A stretch of 64,000 bases of DNA, taken from positions 4,989-68,988 of the forward strand of contig JAHIFE010000178.1 of NCBI GenBank assembly GCA_018901125.1, read 5' to 3'. Made by a program: the position numbers and the translations under genes. Shown one piece after another: positions 43,509-54,658 of this stretch. The DNA comes from Pseudomonadota bacterium. Its GTDB lineage: Bacteria; Desulfobacterota; Desulfobacteria; Desulfobacterales; RPRI01. The notes beneath the pieces were generated by a model that worked only from the letters and a program-made list of their open reading frames with translations, was not told the origin of the DNA and did not search any database. Each line of letters starts with the position of its first letter. Position 1 is the stretch's first letter.

Positions 43509-44705
43509 ATGAACAAAATAAACAGAAGACACTTTATATACAGTACTGCTTTAATTCTTTCGATGCCTGTTGCAGCTCATGCACTTTGGCCTTTAGGTGA
43601 AAAGAAAGCAAATGCTACAGAGTCGGATAATATAAGGGGTACTATATTTAAAGGGGATGCACCGGATAAGCCCGGGAAATGGTCACACGAAGCATTATTA
43701 TATAAAAAGCTTGATAACAATAAGGTGGCATGCGGTATATGTCCTCACAGATGTTTGCTGTCACCGGGAGACAGGAGCGTCTGCCGCTCAAAAGCAAATA
43801 TAGGCGGAATACTTTACAGCCTTTCATACGGAAATCCCTGTACGGTCAATGTTGACCCTGTTGAAAAAAAACCGCTCTTTCACTTTAAACCCCAAACAAA
43901 AGCTTTTTCGGTTGCAGCTGCCGGATGCAATTTCCGTTGTCTGAACTGCCAGAACTGGGAAATTTCACAGGCTAAACCGGGTGAAGTGCGCCACATTGAG
44001 CTTTTTCCCGAAGACGTTGTTAAGGCGGCTTTGAAATCCGGGTCAGAATTAATCGCATGCACATATTCCGAGCCTGTATCCTATATTGAATACATGATGG
44101 ATATAGCACGTATCGCAAAAGAAAAAGGCCTTTCCAATCTTTGGATATCGAATGGTTATATAAACACAAAGCCGCTTCTTGAATTATGCAGATATATTGA
44201 CGGCGCTAATGTTAACCTGAAGTCTTTCAGTGATGAAATATACCAAAAATTAAACGGGGGAAGACTCGAACCTGTTTTAAACACTTTTAAAACCATGAAT
44301 GAGAAAGGCATTCACTTTGAAATGACAAACCTTGTCGTCCCCGGCTATGTCGATGATGTTGAAATGGTTAAACGAATGTGCGGGTGGATTCTGACAAATC
44401 TTGGTCCGGATCATCCTCTTCATTTTCTGCGCTTTTTCCCGCAGTACAAACTTGACAGGCTTGCACCTACCCCCATATCCACTCTTGAAAATTTCAGAAA
44501 CATTGCAATGAATGAAGGCATTCATTACGCATATGTCGGCAATGTCCCGAATCACGAAGGAATGAACACTTACTGTCACAACTGCAAAAAACTGCTTATT
44601 AAACGAAAAGGCTATTTCATACCCGAATACAATCTTTCAGAAAACAGATGCAAATTCTGTAATACTGTTATACCCGGCGTTTGGGGAAAAAATAATAACG
44701 AATAG
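43509..44705 (+). CDS. amrS: AmmeMemoRadiSam radical SAM enzyme with an N-terminal twin-arginine-like signal
   Basis: CNFRCLNC (CxxxCxxC), CGICPHRC, VDPVEKKPLFHF, TYSEP, YVGNV..YCHNC; N-terminus MNKINRRHFIYSTALILSMPVAAHA. Start at 43509 after AGGAG. Confidence 0.93.
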   Translation: MNKINRRHFIYSTALILSMPVAAHALWPLGEKKANATESDNIRGTIFKGDAPDKPGKWSHEALLYKKLDNNKVACGICPHRCLLSPGDRSVCRSKANIGGILYSLSYGNPCTVNVDPVEKKPLFHFKPQTKAFSVAAAGCNFRCLNCQNWEISQAKPGEVRHIELFPEDVVKAALKSGSELIACTYSEPVSYIEYMMDIARIAKEKGLSNLWISNGYINTKPLLELCRYIDGANVNLKSFSDEIYQKLNGGRLEPVLNTFKTMNEKGIHFEMTNLVVPGYVDDVEMVKRMCGWILTNLGPDHPLHFLRFFPQYKLDRLAPTPISTLENFRNIAMNEGIHYAYVGNVPNHEGMNTYCHNCKKLLIKRKGYFIPEYNLSENRCKFCNTVIPGVWGKNNNE

Positions 44706-44743
44706 AGAAATCCGCCATTCACTGTTCGTTGTTTGCTATTCGA
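44695..44743. repeat. Heptamer hairpin supplying the stop codon of the radical SAM gene
   Basis: ATAACGA ATAGAGA AATCCGC CATTCAC TGTTCGT TGTTTGC TATTCGA; forward units followed by reverse-complement units. Confidence 0.7.
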
Positions 44744-44771
44744 ATCTGAATTAAGATGTGGGGGAAAATCC

Positions 44772-47227
44772 ATGAAAACATCTACTCGTCTCTTAATTAT
44801 AAATATCATTGTGTTTATTCTGGCTTTTGCGGTGATAGTTGTGGTTGTTAATCAAAACATGCGCCGACAGGCTCTGTATGAGGCTGAATCCAGGATCAAA
44901 ACAATGGCAGATCAATACTATGCCATTCATACCTATTTTTCGGAAAAATTAAAGCCCGCAATTTTTAAATTAACAGAACCTGTTCGCTCAAAAGAATATT
45001 TTGATCCGGTATGGATGTCTTCAACTCATGCCATTCGCGAGATGGCCAAAGACATAAGAAAACACGGAAATGTAGAATACTATGTAAAAGATGCCGCCAT
45101 CAATGCACGAAATCCAGAAAACGAAGCTACTCCTTTCGAAAAGAAATTTATTATTGAATTAAATATAAATTCAAAACTGCAGGAAAGAAGCAGCATGCAG
45201 GTTTTGGACGGCAAAATTTATTTTATTTATCTTCGCAGGGGCGAACAAATGGAAGAGTCGTGTCTTCGATGCCATAGTATTCCGCAGAATGCGCCAAAAG
45301 ATCTGGTTCAACTTTACGGCTCTTTGCGCGGCTTTAACCGGAAGAAAGGTGATCTGGTATCGCAATTTCTATCCGGGTTCCTTTATCGGCCGCATATGGC
45401 GATGCAAACTATTTTTCATTAAAACTTTCCATATTTTTACTTTTAATAATTATTACGGTTTTTCTTGTTTCTTTATGGTTTAACAGGCGCCATATATATA
45501 AGCCACTTTATGCAATTCATAATAAGGCGCTTGAAATCTCAAACTCACCCGATAAATTGGGGGAAGAAATTCCGCTTCCTTCAGGCAAAGAATTTAAAGA
45601 ACTTGCCATAGCATATAATAAAGTATCGGTCAGGTTGCGATATCATATAGATAACATGGAAAAGCTTATACAGGTACGCACCATAGAGCTTGCAAATGCT
45701 AATGAACAGTTGAAGAATGAAATTAATGAACGAATGCAAATAGATGAGACTTTGCAAAAGACCAATGAATTTCTCGACACGTTAATTAAATCTTCACCTC
45801 TTGCGATATTTTCACTTGATATCAAAGGAACTGTATTATCTTGGAACGAGGCTGCCAAAAAGATATTCGGCTGGCAGAAAAGCGAGGTAATAGGGCGTAT
45901 TGTGCCAAATTTTCATGGTACCGATGGATATGGCCAGCGGGCTTTGCAGGGTGAAGTTTTTACTAATATTGAACTCACTCCACTGAAAAAAGATGGGTTG
46001 CCGACTGATATCAGTTTTTCTACAGCTCCTTTGCGCGATAAAAACGGTAATATTACAGGAATTATCGCTATAATTGCCGATATAACCGAACGCAAAAAAA
46101 TGGAAGAAGAGCTTTTAAAAGCACAGCAGCTTGAATCGATAGGCGTTCTTGCAGGAGTTATGGCACATAATTTTAATAATGTCTTAACTTCCGTTTCAGG
46201 AAATATTCAATTGGCAAAGATGAAGATACAACCGGAAACAAAAGCATTTGATCTGTTAGGCTCGGCGGAAATATCTCTGATCAAGGCTCAGGAACTTTCA
46301 GTCCAATTACTTACCTTTGCCAAAGGCGGCGCTCCGCAAAAGAAAACTATTTCAATTTCAAGTCTTATCAAGGATTCCTGCACTATGGCACAGCAGGGAT
46401 CTAAATCAGAATGTGAATTTTCGATTGAAAAAGATCTGTGGCAGGTAGAAGCAGATAGCGGACAATTAAGCCTTGTATTCAGCAATATTGTTATAAATGC
46501 AAGTCAGGCCATGCCCCAGGGAGGTATTATCAGGGTTGCAGCCAATAATTTAATAGTAGATGCCGGTCAGGATCTGCAATTGGAGCCTGGAAAATATGTT
46601 CATATTTCTGTAGAAGATCAGGGTCCAGGCATACCCGAAAATAATCTTTCGAAGATATTCGATCCTTATTTTACAACAAAAGTTGAGAGTAGCGGCCTTG
46701 GACTTGCAGCGGCTTATTCCATCATAAAAAATCACAACGGGCATATTTATGCTAAATCCCTTCCTGGAGAAGGAACAGTATTTCACATATATTTACCGGC
46801 TTTCGGTGATTTTATTGCGGCAGAAGAAGAAGCAGAACTCTTGACCGGATATGGGAATATTCTTGTAATGGATGATGACAAGATGCTTAAAATAATGGTA
46901 GAAGAGATGCTAAATGTTCTTGGCTATGAGTCCGAGTTTGCAAATGATGGTGATGAAGCTGTTAAAATGTATAAAAAAGCGCTGGAATCAGGCAAACCTT
47001 ACGATGCCGTAATGCTGGATCTTACCATTCCGGGCGGTATGGGAGGAAAGGAAGCTGTGAAAATATTGCTGGAAACAGATCCTAACTTAAAAGCTATTGT
47101 TTTCAGCGGATACTCGGATGATCCGGTTATGTCGAACCATCGCAAATACGGTTTTAAGGGCATGCTGTCAAAACCGTTCAATTTGGAGTCTTTAGGCAAA
47201 GCGCTGCATGATGTTCTTAAAAACTGA
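44772..47227 (+). pseudogene. Frameshifted DUF3365 (CxxCH heme)-HAMP-PAS hybrid histidine kinase/REC
   Basis: ORF 44772-45422 (TM, DUF3365 with CLRCH) continues in the -1 frame from about 45362 as AISIRVPLSAAY..TM2..HAMP, open and in frame with the TTG at 45557. The kinase (AHNFNN) and REC are intact downstream. Confidence 0.8.
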
Positions 47228-47242
47228 TCAAGGGGTTTAATA

Positions 47243-48799
47243 ATGATCTATAATGATTTTTTGATAAATGTCGCTATTACTATTTCACTTAGCGTTCTGT
47301 ATGGAATTTTTATTCGCAAAATAGACGATACTACTACAACCGGTAAAATTGCAGCAGGAATTATTTTCGGTATTGCTGCGATTATAGTAATGTTTAACCC
47401 TTTTCACTATATGCCCGGAATTATTTTTGACAGTCGTTCCATTGTAATAAGCGCAGCCGGTCTTTTTGGAGGTTTTATTCCGGCAATAATCGCCTCAAGT
47501 ATTGCAGCAGCTTACCGTTTGCACATCGGAGGAGCAGGAACCTTGATGGGGGTTTCTGTTATATTCGTATCAGCAGCTATAGGACTTGGATATAAAAGTC
47601 TTGCAGTAAAGAAACCTGAATTTTTACGCCCGGTGTATTTTTATGTTTTTGGAGTTACAGTACATTTATTCATGCTTTTATTGATGCTTACACTACCCGG
47701 AGCATTGGTGTTTGATGTAATAAAAACTGTTGCCGTTCCCGTAATGATAATATTTCCGTTAACAACATTGCTGCTATGCATTTTATTAAGGGATCATAAA
47801 ATTCAAACAGAAACCAGTAAGGCTCTGGTTAAGAGCGAAGAACAATATCGATTAATAGTTGAGACAGCAAACGAGGGAATCTGGAGGATGGACCGCAATT
47901 CCAAAACAGTATATATGAATAGAATGGTTTCTGCCATGCTTGGATATACTGAAGCTGAAATTGCAGGCAGACCGGTTTCCGATTTCATGTTCGAAGAAGA
48001 TCTGGTTGATCATAAATCAAGGATGAACTGCCGTTACACTGGCAAAGCAGATATATACGAAAGAAAACTTAAAAGAAAAGACGGCTCCATTCTCTGGGCC
48101 GGTATTTCGGCTATCCCTCTTTTCGATGAAAATAAACGGTTTGACGGGTCTTTTGGTATGCTTACAGATATAACCTCCCGCAAAGAAGCAGAAGAAGAGT
48201 TAAAGCAGACCACGGAAAAACTGAGAACAGGGCTTATCGGAACAATTAATGTTATATCGCTTACCATAGAAACCCGTGATCCATATACTTCCGGCCACCA
48301 GAAAAGAGTTTCAAAGCTTGCGCGATTAATAGCACAGGAAATTGGATTACCAAATGATACTGTGGAAAACATAAGAATGGCAGGTGTTGTTCATGATATT
48401 GGAAAGATGTCCGTTCCTTCTGAAATATTAAGCAAACCAAGCAGGCTGACGGATATAGAAATGCGCCTTATCAAAACTCATCCGGCGTCAGGGTATGAAA
48501 TTCTAAAGGATGCCTGCCTGCCTTATCCGATAGCAGAGATAGTTCTTCAGCACCACGAAAGAATAGACGGATCAGGATACCCGAACTGTTTAGAAGGAGA
48601 GCAGATTCTTCTTGAAGCAAAAATAATCAGCGTTGCCGATGTAGTCGAAGCTATATCGTCTCATCGTCCTTACAGGCCTGCCTTTGGTGTGGATATAGCT
48701 CTTGAGGAGATCAGGAAGAACAGGGGCATACTCTATGATGCCAAAGTTGTGGATGCATGCCTGCGGCTGTTTAATGAGAAAGGATTTAAGTTTGAATAA
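47243..48799 (+). CDS. 5TM-5TMR_LYT - PAS - HD-GYP c-di-GMP phosphodiesterase
   Basis: FDSRSIVISAAGLFGG membrane sensor, PAS, RDPYTSGHQKRV, HDIGK, HHERIDGSGYP. Confidence 0.92.
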   Translation: MIYNDFLINVAITISLSVLYGIFIRKIDDTTTTGKIAAGIIFGIAAIIVMFNPFHYMPGIIFDSRSIVISAAGLFGGFIPAIIASSIAAAYRLHIGGAGTLMGVSVIFVSAAIGLGYKSLAVKKPEFLRPVYFYVFGVTVHLFMLLLMLTLPGALVFDVIKTVAVPVMIIFPLTTLLLCILLRDHKIQTETSKALVKSEEQYRLIVETANEGIWRMDRNSKTVYMNRMVSAMLGYTEAEIAGRPVSDFMFEEDLVDHKSRMNCRYTGKADIYERKLKRKDGSILWAGISAIPLFDENKRFDGSFGMLTDITSRKEAEEELKQTTEKLRTGLIGTINVISLTIETRDPYTSGHQKRVSKLARLIAQEIGLPNDTVENIRMAGVVHDIGKMSVPSEILSKPSRLTDIEMRLIKTHPASGYEILKDACLPYPIAEIVLQHHERIDGSGYPNCLEGEQILLEAKIISVADVVEAISSHRPYRPAFGVDIALEEIRKNRGILYDAKVVDACLRLFNEKGFKFE

Positions 48800-48842
48800 G
48801 CGGTAATAACTATATCCAAATTATATCCCGGAGATTCTTCAA

Positions 48843-50111
48843 ATGGATTTTATGGATAATATAAATCCAGGCACAAAAAATATTAACCGTTATTTTATAA
48901 TTCTTATCGTGATCTGGACATTAGGAGTCTTTGCAACTCTTGGATGGGATATATATCAGCTTAAACATTCAACTTTCAGGCTTGCCAATATAAGCGCTGA
49001 AATATCCTACAATAAAGATGCTATTTACCGTCATTGGGCGGCAATGCACGGAGGAGTTTATGTGCCGGTTACCGATACTGATCCTCCCAACCCCTACCTT
49101 AATGTTCCCCACAGGGATATTACTACCACAGAAGGACAGAAGTTCACTCTGATAAACCCCGCTCACATGACACGCCAGGTAAATGAAATAAGTGAGGATG
49201 CGGTTGGATTCAAAGGCCATATCACCAGCCTTAATTGTATCCGGCCTGAAAATTATCCGGACACCTGGGAAACTGAGTCTCTTAAATCCTTTGAGCGCGG
49301 TGTAAAAGAAGCAGCATCTTTTGAAATAAAATCAGGCAAAGAATACTTTCGTTTTATGCGGCCCTTTATTACTGATAAAAGTTGCCTTAAATGTCATGCC
49401 GCGCAGGGATATAAGGAAGGGGATATTCGCGGAGGAATCAGTATATCAATACCCATGGAACCCTTAAGGTCTGTAGAACGATCACAAATTAATGATGTGC
49501 TGATCGCTTACGGCTTTTTGTGGCTGCTTGGAATAGGAGGAATTGCAGTCAGCACGCGGCGTTTGTGGAAACAGCTGGTTTATCGTGAGAAAATAGAGAA
49601 AGAAGTTCTCACCCTGTCTATAACCGACCAGCTGACAGGCCTTTACAACAGAAGAGGATTTTTATCTCTTGCCGACAGACAGCTTAAATTGGCAGACAGG
49701 AATAAAAACGGAATAATGCTCTTTTTCGCAGATCTGGATGGTTTAAAGGATATTAACGACAGATTTGGGCATAAGGAAGGAGATAAGGCGCTTATTGAAG
49801 CAGCAACCGTCTTCAAGGAAACTTTCAGAACATCTGATATAATCGCCCGTCTGGGAGGAGATGAATTTGCTGCTCTTGCAATAGATATACAAGAGAAAAA
49901 TTCCGAAATCTTTACTTCCCGATTACAGTACCTGACAGAAATGCAAAATAAACAGGAAAACCGGACATACAAACTGTCAATCAGTATCGGCGGTTCTTTC
50001 CAGGATCCTGAAAATCCCAGGTCAATTGACGAACTTATATCACAGGCTGATAAATTGATGTATGAGCAGAAAAAACAAAAGAAATCATATTCTAATTCGA
50101 GCAACGAATAG
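48843..50111 (+). CDS. DUF3365 heme-c sensor diguanylate cyclase
   Basis: TM-periplasmic domain with WAAMHGGVYV, LINPAHMTR and CLKCH-TM; DQLTGLYNRR, RTSDIIARLGGDEF. Confidence 0.92.
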   Translation: MDFMDNINPGTKNINRYFIILIVIWTLGVFATLGWDIYQLKHSTFRLANISAEISYNKDAIYRHWAAMHGGVYVPVTDTDPPNPYLNVPHRDITTTEGQKFTLINPAHMTRQVNEISEDAVGFKGHITSLNCIRPENYPDTWETESLKSFERGVKEAASFEIKSGKEYFRFMRPFITDKSCLKCHAAQGYKEGDIRGGISISIPMEPLRSVERSQINDVLIAYGFLWLLGIGGIAVSTRRLWKQLVYREKIEKEVLTLSITDQLTGLYNRRGFLSLADRQLKLADRNKNGIMLFFADLDGLKDINDRFGHKEGDKALIEAATVFKETFRTSDIIARLGGDEFAALAIDIQEKNSEIFTSRLQYLTEMQNKQENRTYKLSISIGGSFQDPENPRSIDELISQADKLMYEQKKQKKSYSNSSNE

Positions 50112-50142
50112 CGAATGTCGATATTTCCTGCTCGCTATTCAA
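50094..50142. repeat. Heptamer hairpin supplying the stop codon of the GGDEF gene
   Basis: AATTCGA GCAACGA ATAGCGA ATGTCGA ... TGCTCGC TATTCAA; perfect 9-bp stem GAATAGCGA/TCGCTATTC (50106-50114 / 50132-50140). Confidence 0.72.
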
Positions 50143-50165
50143 AACATGGTTTATGACCTCTCAAA

Positions 50166-51329
50166 CTAAACAGATTTCTGAATAAGCACACGAACAGGTT
50201 CTATTATGCCTTCTGATTTTGCAAAATTATGAAGGCGGCTAAGTAAAACAGAACTGACTTCGTGCCCTCTTGATATAAGCAAACGGCCGGTTTTTGACCG
50301 GACATCTTCATCAAGAATCATACCTGTTTTAAGATCGGCAAATAACACATCCGTTTTTTTACATTTTCCACTGCCGCCGACAAGTGATTCCATGGCAGAC
50401 AGCACATCCGGATCATATTTCCCAGGCAGATCTTTAAGCTGCTTTACAATTTTGATATTTTCGATTCCTTTTGCTTCCATAATATCAAAATCAATAGCCG
50501 CTTTTAAGATTCTTGCACCGATAGGAATATTTTCGCCCTGCAGATTGTCTTTAGGATTACCCGATCCGTCGAAGAATTTCTCCTGATAACGTATAATTTC
50601 AGCTAGTTTATCCAAGCGTGGAATTTTGGAAAGCAGATCGGATGCTATCATAGGATGCATATCAAACAACTGACTTTCCTCTCCGGAAAGTTCCTCTCCT
50701 CTGTAAAGTTTCTTCAATGCTTCTTCCGGCAGGATAACACATCCAATCTGCGAAAGCATGGCAGCCATTTCAAGCCACCATATATTGGAAAGATCGAGCG
50801 TTTCAGCAATCTGCTTTACATGTTGTTTAATTCTGGAAGACCTTCCGAAAGCTACAGGATTTACCAGAGATAGAATTTCATTCAGCACCGAGACGGTACC
50901 TTTAAGGGTTTTTTCAAGAAGTTCCTTTTCGGCAATTACCAATCTATGCTGTTTGATACCGAGATTAATAACATTTTTCAGTGTATCCGGAGAGCAGGGC
51001 TTGGTCAGAAACTGGAATATGTTTCCTTCATTAACTGCACGAATGGTTTTATTGAGATCGGCATTGCCTGTCAACATTATACGCACCGTATCAGGTACAA
51101 TCTCCTTGACTCGTGCAAGAAATTCAATCCCGTTCATATCGGGCATTTGGAGATCGGAAATAATTACTGAATATGGTCTGTTATTTCTGATTGCTGCGAG
51201 TCCCTCATGAGGACCCTGTGCGGTAGCCAGATTAAATTCCTTTCTTAACTGCCGCCTTATCGCATCCAGGAAATTGGTATCATCATCTACAACAAGAATT
51301 GCTTCATCCATCGCTTTTACTTTCATCAT
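50166..51329 (-). CDS. Response regulator with a degenerate HD-GYP-like output domain
   Basis: REC (VVDDD, ISDLQMP, LTKP); SQIGC replaces HDIGK and YQEKFFDGSGNP replaces HHER.DGSGYP. Confidence 0.85.
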   Translation of the reverse strand: MMKVKAMDEAILVVDDDTNFLDAIRRQLRKEFNLATAQGPHEGLAAIRNNRPYSVIISDLQMPDMNGIEFLARVKEIVPDTVRIMLTGNADLNKTIRAVNEGNIFQFLTKPCSPDTLKNVINLGIKQHRLVIAEKELLEKTLKGTVSVLNEILSLVNPVAFGRSSRIKQHVKQIAETLDLSNIWWLEMAAMLSQIGCVILPEEALKKLYRGEELSGEESQLFDMHPMIASDLLSKIPRLDKLAEIIRYQEKFFDGSGNPKDNLQGENIPIGARILKAAIDFDIMEAKGIENIKIVKQLKDLPGKYDPDVLSAMESLVGGSGKCKKTDVLFADLKTGMILDEDVRSKTGRLLISRGHEVSSVLLSRLHNFAKSEGIIEPVRVLIQKSV

Positions 51330-52551
51330 TGATACTGGTGGTGATTTTGTGCCATGCAGCGATTCGTCCGGTTAAACCAAGTTTGTCCAAATAACCGTAA
51401 TCAATACTTTCAATATTTGCTGCCGGCAAATCAGTTTGACTTACACAATGCTCAAGGCCATCGGCTACATGCACAATGGTCAAGGGAACACAATCTTTAA
51501 TAGCATAATCCATAGGAGAATGATGAAATGCGACAGCCTCTGCTATAACATCCGGCATGCCCCAGAGTCCTATTAAATATGCTCCTACTGCAGAATGAGT
51601 TGTTCCGAATATCTGCCGTTCGACTTCAACATCAAAAATATTATTACTTTTTAAACTGTTAAGTACTTCATTATATTGAACCGGCATATTGTCTGCAAGA
51701 ATTAGTTTGCCGACATCATGAAGCACTCCTGACACAAATGCCTCGTCTACAAGATGCTTTGGGAAATTCTCCATGATGGCTAATTTCTTGGCAATCGCGC
51801 CGGTTTTAATGCTATGGTTAAGGAGCGATTCAATTCTGAAAGGAAATGAATTGTTCTTTTCAAATTTAGAAAATATACCCGTTGCAAGAATAAGCGCTTT
51901 TACGGTATCCAAACCAAGAAGGCTGACCGCCTCAACAGGGTGTGTTATGTGTCTCGGTATTCCAAAAAATGAAGAATTGACCAGTTGAAGAATTTTAGCG
52001 GTCATGCCAAGGTCTTTGGCAATTGTTTCTCCAATACTCTGTATGGAACATTCGGGTTGCTCAAGAAGCTCAGCAACTTCAATATACAGAGATGGAGCGC
52101 TTGGCAGTGAATCCATCCCGGAAATAAGCCGCTTAACTTTGTCGTTTCCGATAAGATCGCGTAACGCAATGGATCTGTTTACGGTATTTTTCAACATATC
52201 CGGATCGCATGGTTTGGAAAGATATTGATGAGCCGATTTTATAGATTTTAAGGCAGCTTCTCTATCCGATTGACCGGATAGTATAATTCGGACAATCTGT
52301 GGATATTCTTTTTTAACTCTGCATAGAAGATCCGCCCCGTCCATCTCCTGCATACGCATATCAGAGACTACAACATCAAAGGGCTGTTTTGCCATAAGCT
52401 CCAATGCTTCGGAGCCACTTACGGCAAATGCCATTTCCCAGTTGTCTTTCATAGGTCTTAACATACGTTGAAGACCCTGTAATATCATTACTTCATCGTC
52501 TACAAAAAGTATTTTAGTTTTCACTTTACCTCTGTAAAGTTCAGGCGGCAT
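51304..52551 (-). CDS. REC-HDOD domain protein
   Basis: ILFVDDE, VVSDMRM; LPSAP, AKDLGMTAKILQLVNSSFFG, GVLHDVGKL, HSAVGAYLIGLWG. Confidence 0.92.
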   Translation of the reverse strand: MPPELYRGKVKTKILFVDDEVMILQGLQRMLRPMKDNWEMAFAVSGSEALELMAKQPFDVVVSDMRMQEMDGADLLCRVKKEYPQIVRIILSGQSDREAALKSIKSAHQYLSKPCDPDMLKNTVNRSIALRDLIGNDKVKRLISGMDSLPSAPSLYIEVAELLEQPECSIQSIGETIAKDLGMTAKILQLVNSSFFGIPRHITHPVEAVSLLGLDTVKALILATGIFSKFEKNNSFPFRIESLLNHSIKTGAIAKKLAIMENFPKHLVDEAFVSGVLHDVGKLILADNMPVQYNEVLNSLKSNNIFDVEVERQIFGTTHSAVGAYLIGLWGMPDVIAEAVAFHHSPMDYAIKDCVPLTIVHVADGLEHCVSQTDLPAANIESIDYGYLDKLGLTGRIAAWHKITTSINDESKSDG

Positions 52552-54658
52552 TTTTCAACGGAAGACATATTATAAAGGTGGTTCCGCTTCCTTCTTCAGA
52601 TTCAAAAGTTAAATTACCGCCATGTTTTTGAACTATAATCGAATGCGAAATTGCCAAGCCCTGTCCCGTCCCCTTTCCAACTTCCTTTGTTGTGAAAAAC
52701 GGATCGAAAATTCTGGACCGGATATTTTCAGGTATCCCGCTTCCAGTATCTGTAATACTTATTTCAGCACAATCGTCTTTACTGCGGGTAGACAAAGTAA
52801 TAAGGCCTTTTTTGTCCGGATGTTTCCTGACAACATCAGAAATAGCGTGAGCAGCATTGACTATTATATTTAAAAAAACCTGGTTCAGAGCACCGGCATG
52901 ACCGAAGACCGCAGGAAGTGATAAATCAAAGTCGGTTTTAATTTCCGCTACATATTTCCATTCATTACGGGATACAGTTATGGTGTTTTCAAGGGCATGG
53001 TTTATATCAACTCCTGACTTTTCTTCTTCACCCGGGTGAGAAAAATCCTTTATGGAACGAACAATATTTGCAACATGAGCCACACCTTCCCGGCTTTGTT
53101 GTATTGCCAGCGGAATTTCCTTGATTAGATAATTCAGATCCATTTCTTCCATAGCCTTTTTAGCATCATCGACAATATTATCTGCCTTGTCTCCGTTTTT
53201 AGCGGCATCAATAAATTTGCAGAAATACCCGAGCAACCTTTCTATATCATTAAAGGAATCCCGCAGAAAAAGTATATTATCCCCGACATACTGAACAGGC
53301 GTATTAATCTCGTGGGCAATACCGGCCGCCAGTTGCCCGATTGATTCAAGTTTGCAGGCCTGGGCAAACTGGATCTCCATCTGTTTTCTGTTAGTAATAT
53401 CAGCTCCCATTAATAAAAATCCAGTCTGGTCCGTTCCTTCAACAGACATCGGATTTAATATTATTCCCAAAAACCCTGATTTCCCGTTTTGCTGGGTAAA
53501 AACAACATCATCAACACGGACAGGTTTACGGCTTTCAAGACATTGGCATATTCCTGCTTTTATCTTCTCCCATTCCCACAAACAGCCGCATTCGGCAAAG
53601 TGAAGGCCTTTGACTTTTTCAGATTCGATCCCAAACAGATCCTCCGCTACTCTATTCCAGGTTGTGATTAACCCGTCTGAATCTACTCCTATCAAAAAAG
53701 AAGAAATTGAACGAATTAAGGCTTCATTTTCAATGCCTAATTTAAGCAGGGACTCCTGTATATTTTTAAGGTCGGTTATATCGTTTACTACTCCTATAAG
53801 GCCCGCTACTTTACCGGCTGAATCAGTATAGGTAGCTTTATTGCAAATTATATGATGCCTGCTTCCGTCGCTAAATAGTATTTCGTCTTCTATTTTATGA
53901 CGTCCCGGATTGCTGAATACCGTCAAATCATGTTTATAGTGTTTTTCCGCCTCATCTTTCGGCACTAAGTCGAAGATAGACTTTCCTATAATATTTTCTC
54001 TCTTTTCCCCTATATATTCTTCGAATGCACAGTTGCAACCTATGCATAACCCATCCATGTCTTCGTAAAATATAGGGTTGGGAATGACATCAATGAGTTT
54101 TTGTAAAAAATCAAGCTGTTCTTCCAAGTCATTTTTTGTGTTTTCAATCCGCGATGTCCTTTCGGCAACAAGTTGTTCGAGTTGCTCCCGGTAATGATGC
54201 AACCCGCTTTCAGCTTCTTTACGACCGGTAATCTCTTCGTATGTAATTATGGTTCCAATTATGTTTCCGTCCGGATCTCGCATAGGAATCTTGTTTATAT
54301 CCAACCAGATTTGTTTGCCGTCAGCACGAATTTGTGAGCCTGTAATATTGTATTGTGGAGTATTTATATCCGTTATATTTAAGTCGCTTGCCATATAAAA
54401 ACTTACATTGTCTTTATTACGGGCTAAATCCGGTTTCCCCACAATATTAACTTTATCAATGCCTGCTTCTCGCGCAAACTTTTCATTACACCCTAAATAT
54501 ATACCGTTTAGATCTTTCCAGAAAATACGCTGAGGCATGCTATCAATAACTAATTGAAGCGATTTTATTGTCTTTTCATGATGTTCGATATTTATTTTAA
54601 ACAAATCAAGATCGCAGGTCATTTTCTCTAATTGTTCATAAATTAATTTATTGTCCAT
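52541..54658 (-). CDS. Cytoplasmic multi-PAS sensor histidine kinase (NtrB-like)
   Basis: Three PAS domains, [35 protein letters not shown]. Start placed at MDNK (54658). Confidence 0.92.
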   Translation of the reverse strand: MDNKLIYEQLEKMTCDLDLFKINIEHHEKTIKSLQLVIDSMPQRIFWKDLNGIYLGCNEKFAREAGIDKVNIVGKPDLARNKDNVSFYMASDLNITDINTPQYNITGSQIRADGKQIWLDINKIPMRDPDGNIIGTIITYEEITGRKEAESGLHHYREQLEQLVAERTSRIENTKNDLEEQLDFLQKLIDVIPNPIFYEDMDGLCIGCNCAFEEYIGEKRENIIGKSIFDLVPKDEAEKHYKHDLTVFSNPGRHKIEDEILFSDGSRHHIICNKATYTDSAGKVAGLIGVVNDITDLKNIQESLLKLGIENEALIRSISSFLIGVDSDGLITTWNRVAEDLFGIESEKVKGLHFAECGCLWEWEKIKAGICQCLESRKPVRVDDVVFTQQNGKSGFLGIILNPMSVEGTDQTGFLLMGADITNRKQMEIQFAQACKLESIGQLAAGIAHEINTPVQYVGDNILFLRDSFNDIERLLGYFCKFIDAAKNGDKADNIVDDAKKAMEEMDLNYLIKEIPLAIQQSREGVAHVANIVRSIKDFSHPGEEEKSGVDINHALENTITVSRNEWKYVAEIKTDFDLSLPAVFGHAGALNQVFLNIIVNAAHAISDVVRKHPDKKGLITLSTRSKDDCAEISITDTGSGIPENIRSRIFDPFFTTKEVGKGTGQGLAISHSIIVQKHGGNLTFESEEGSGTTFIICLPLKNAA

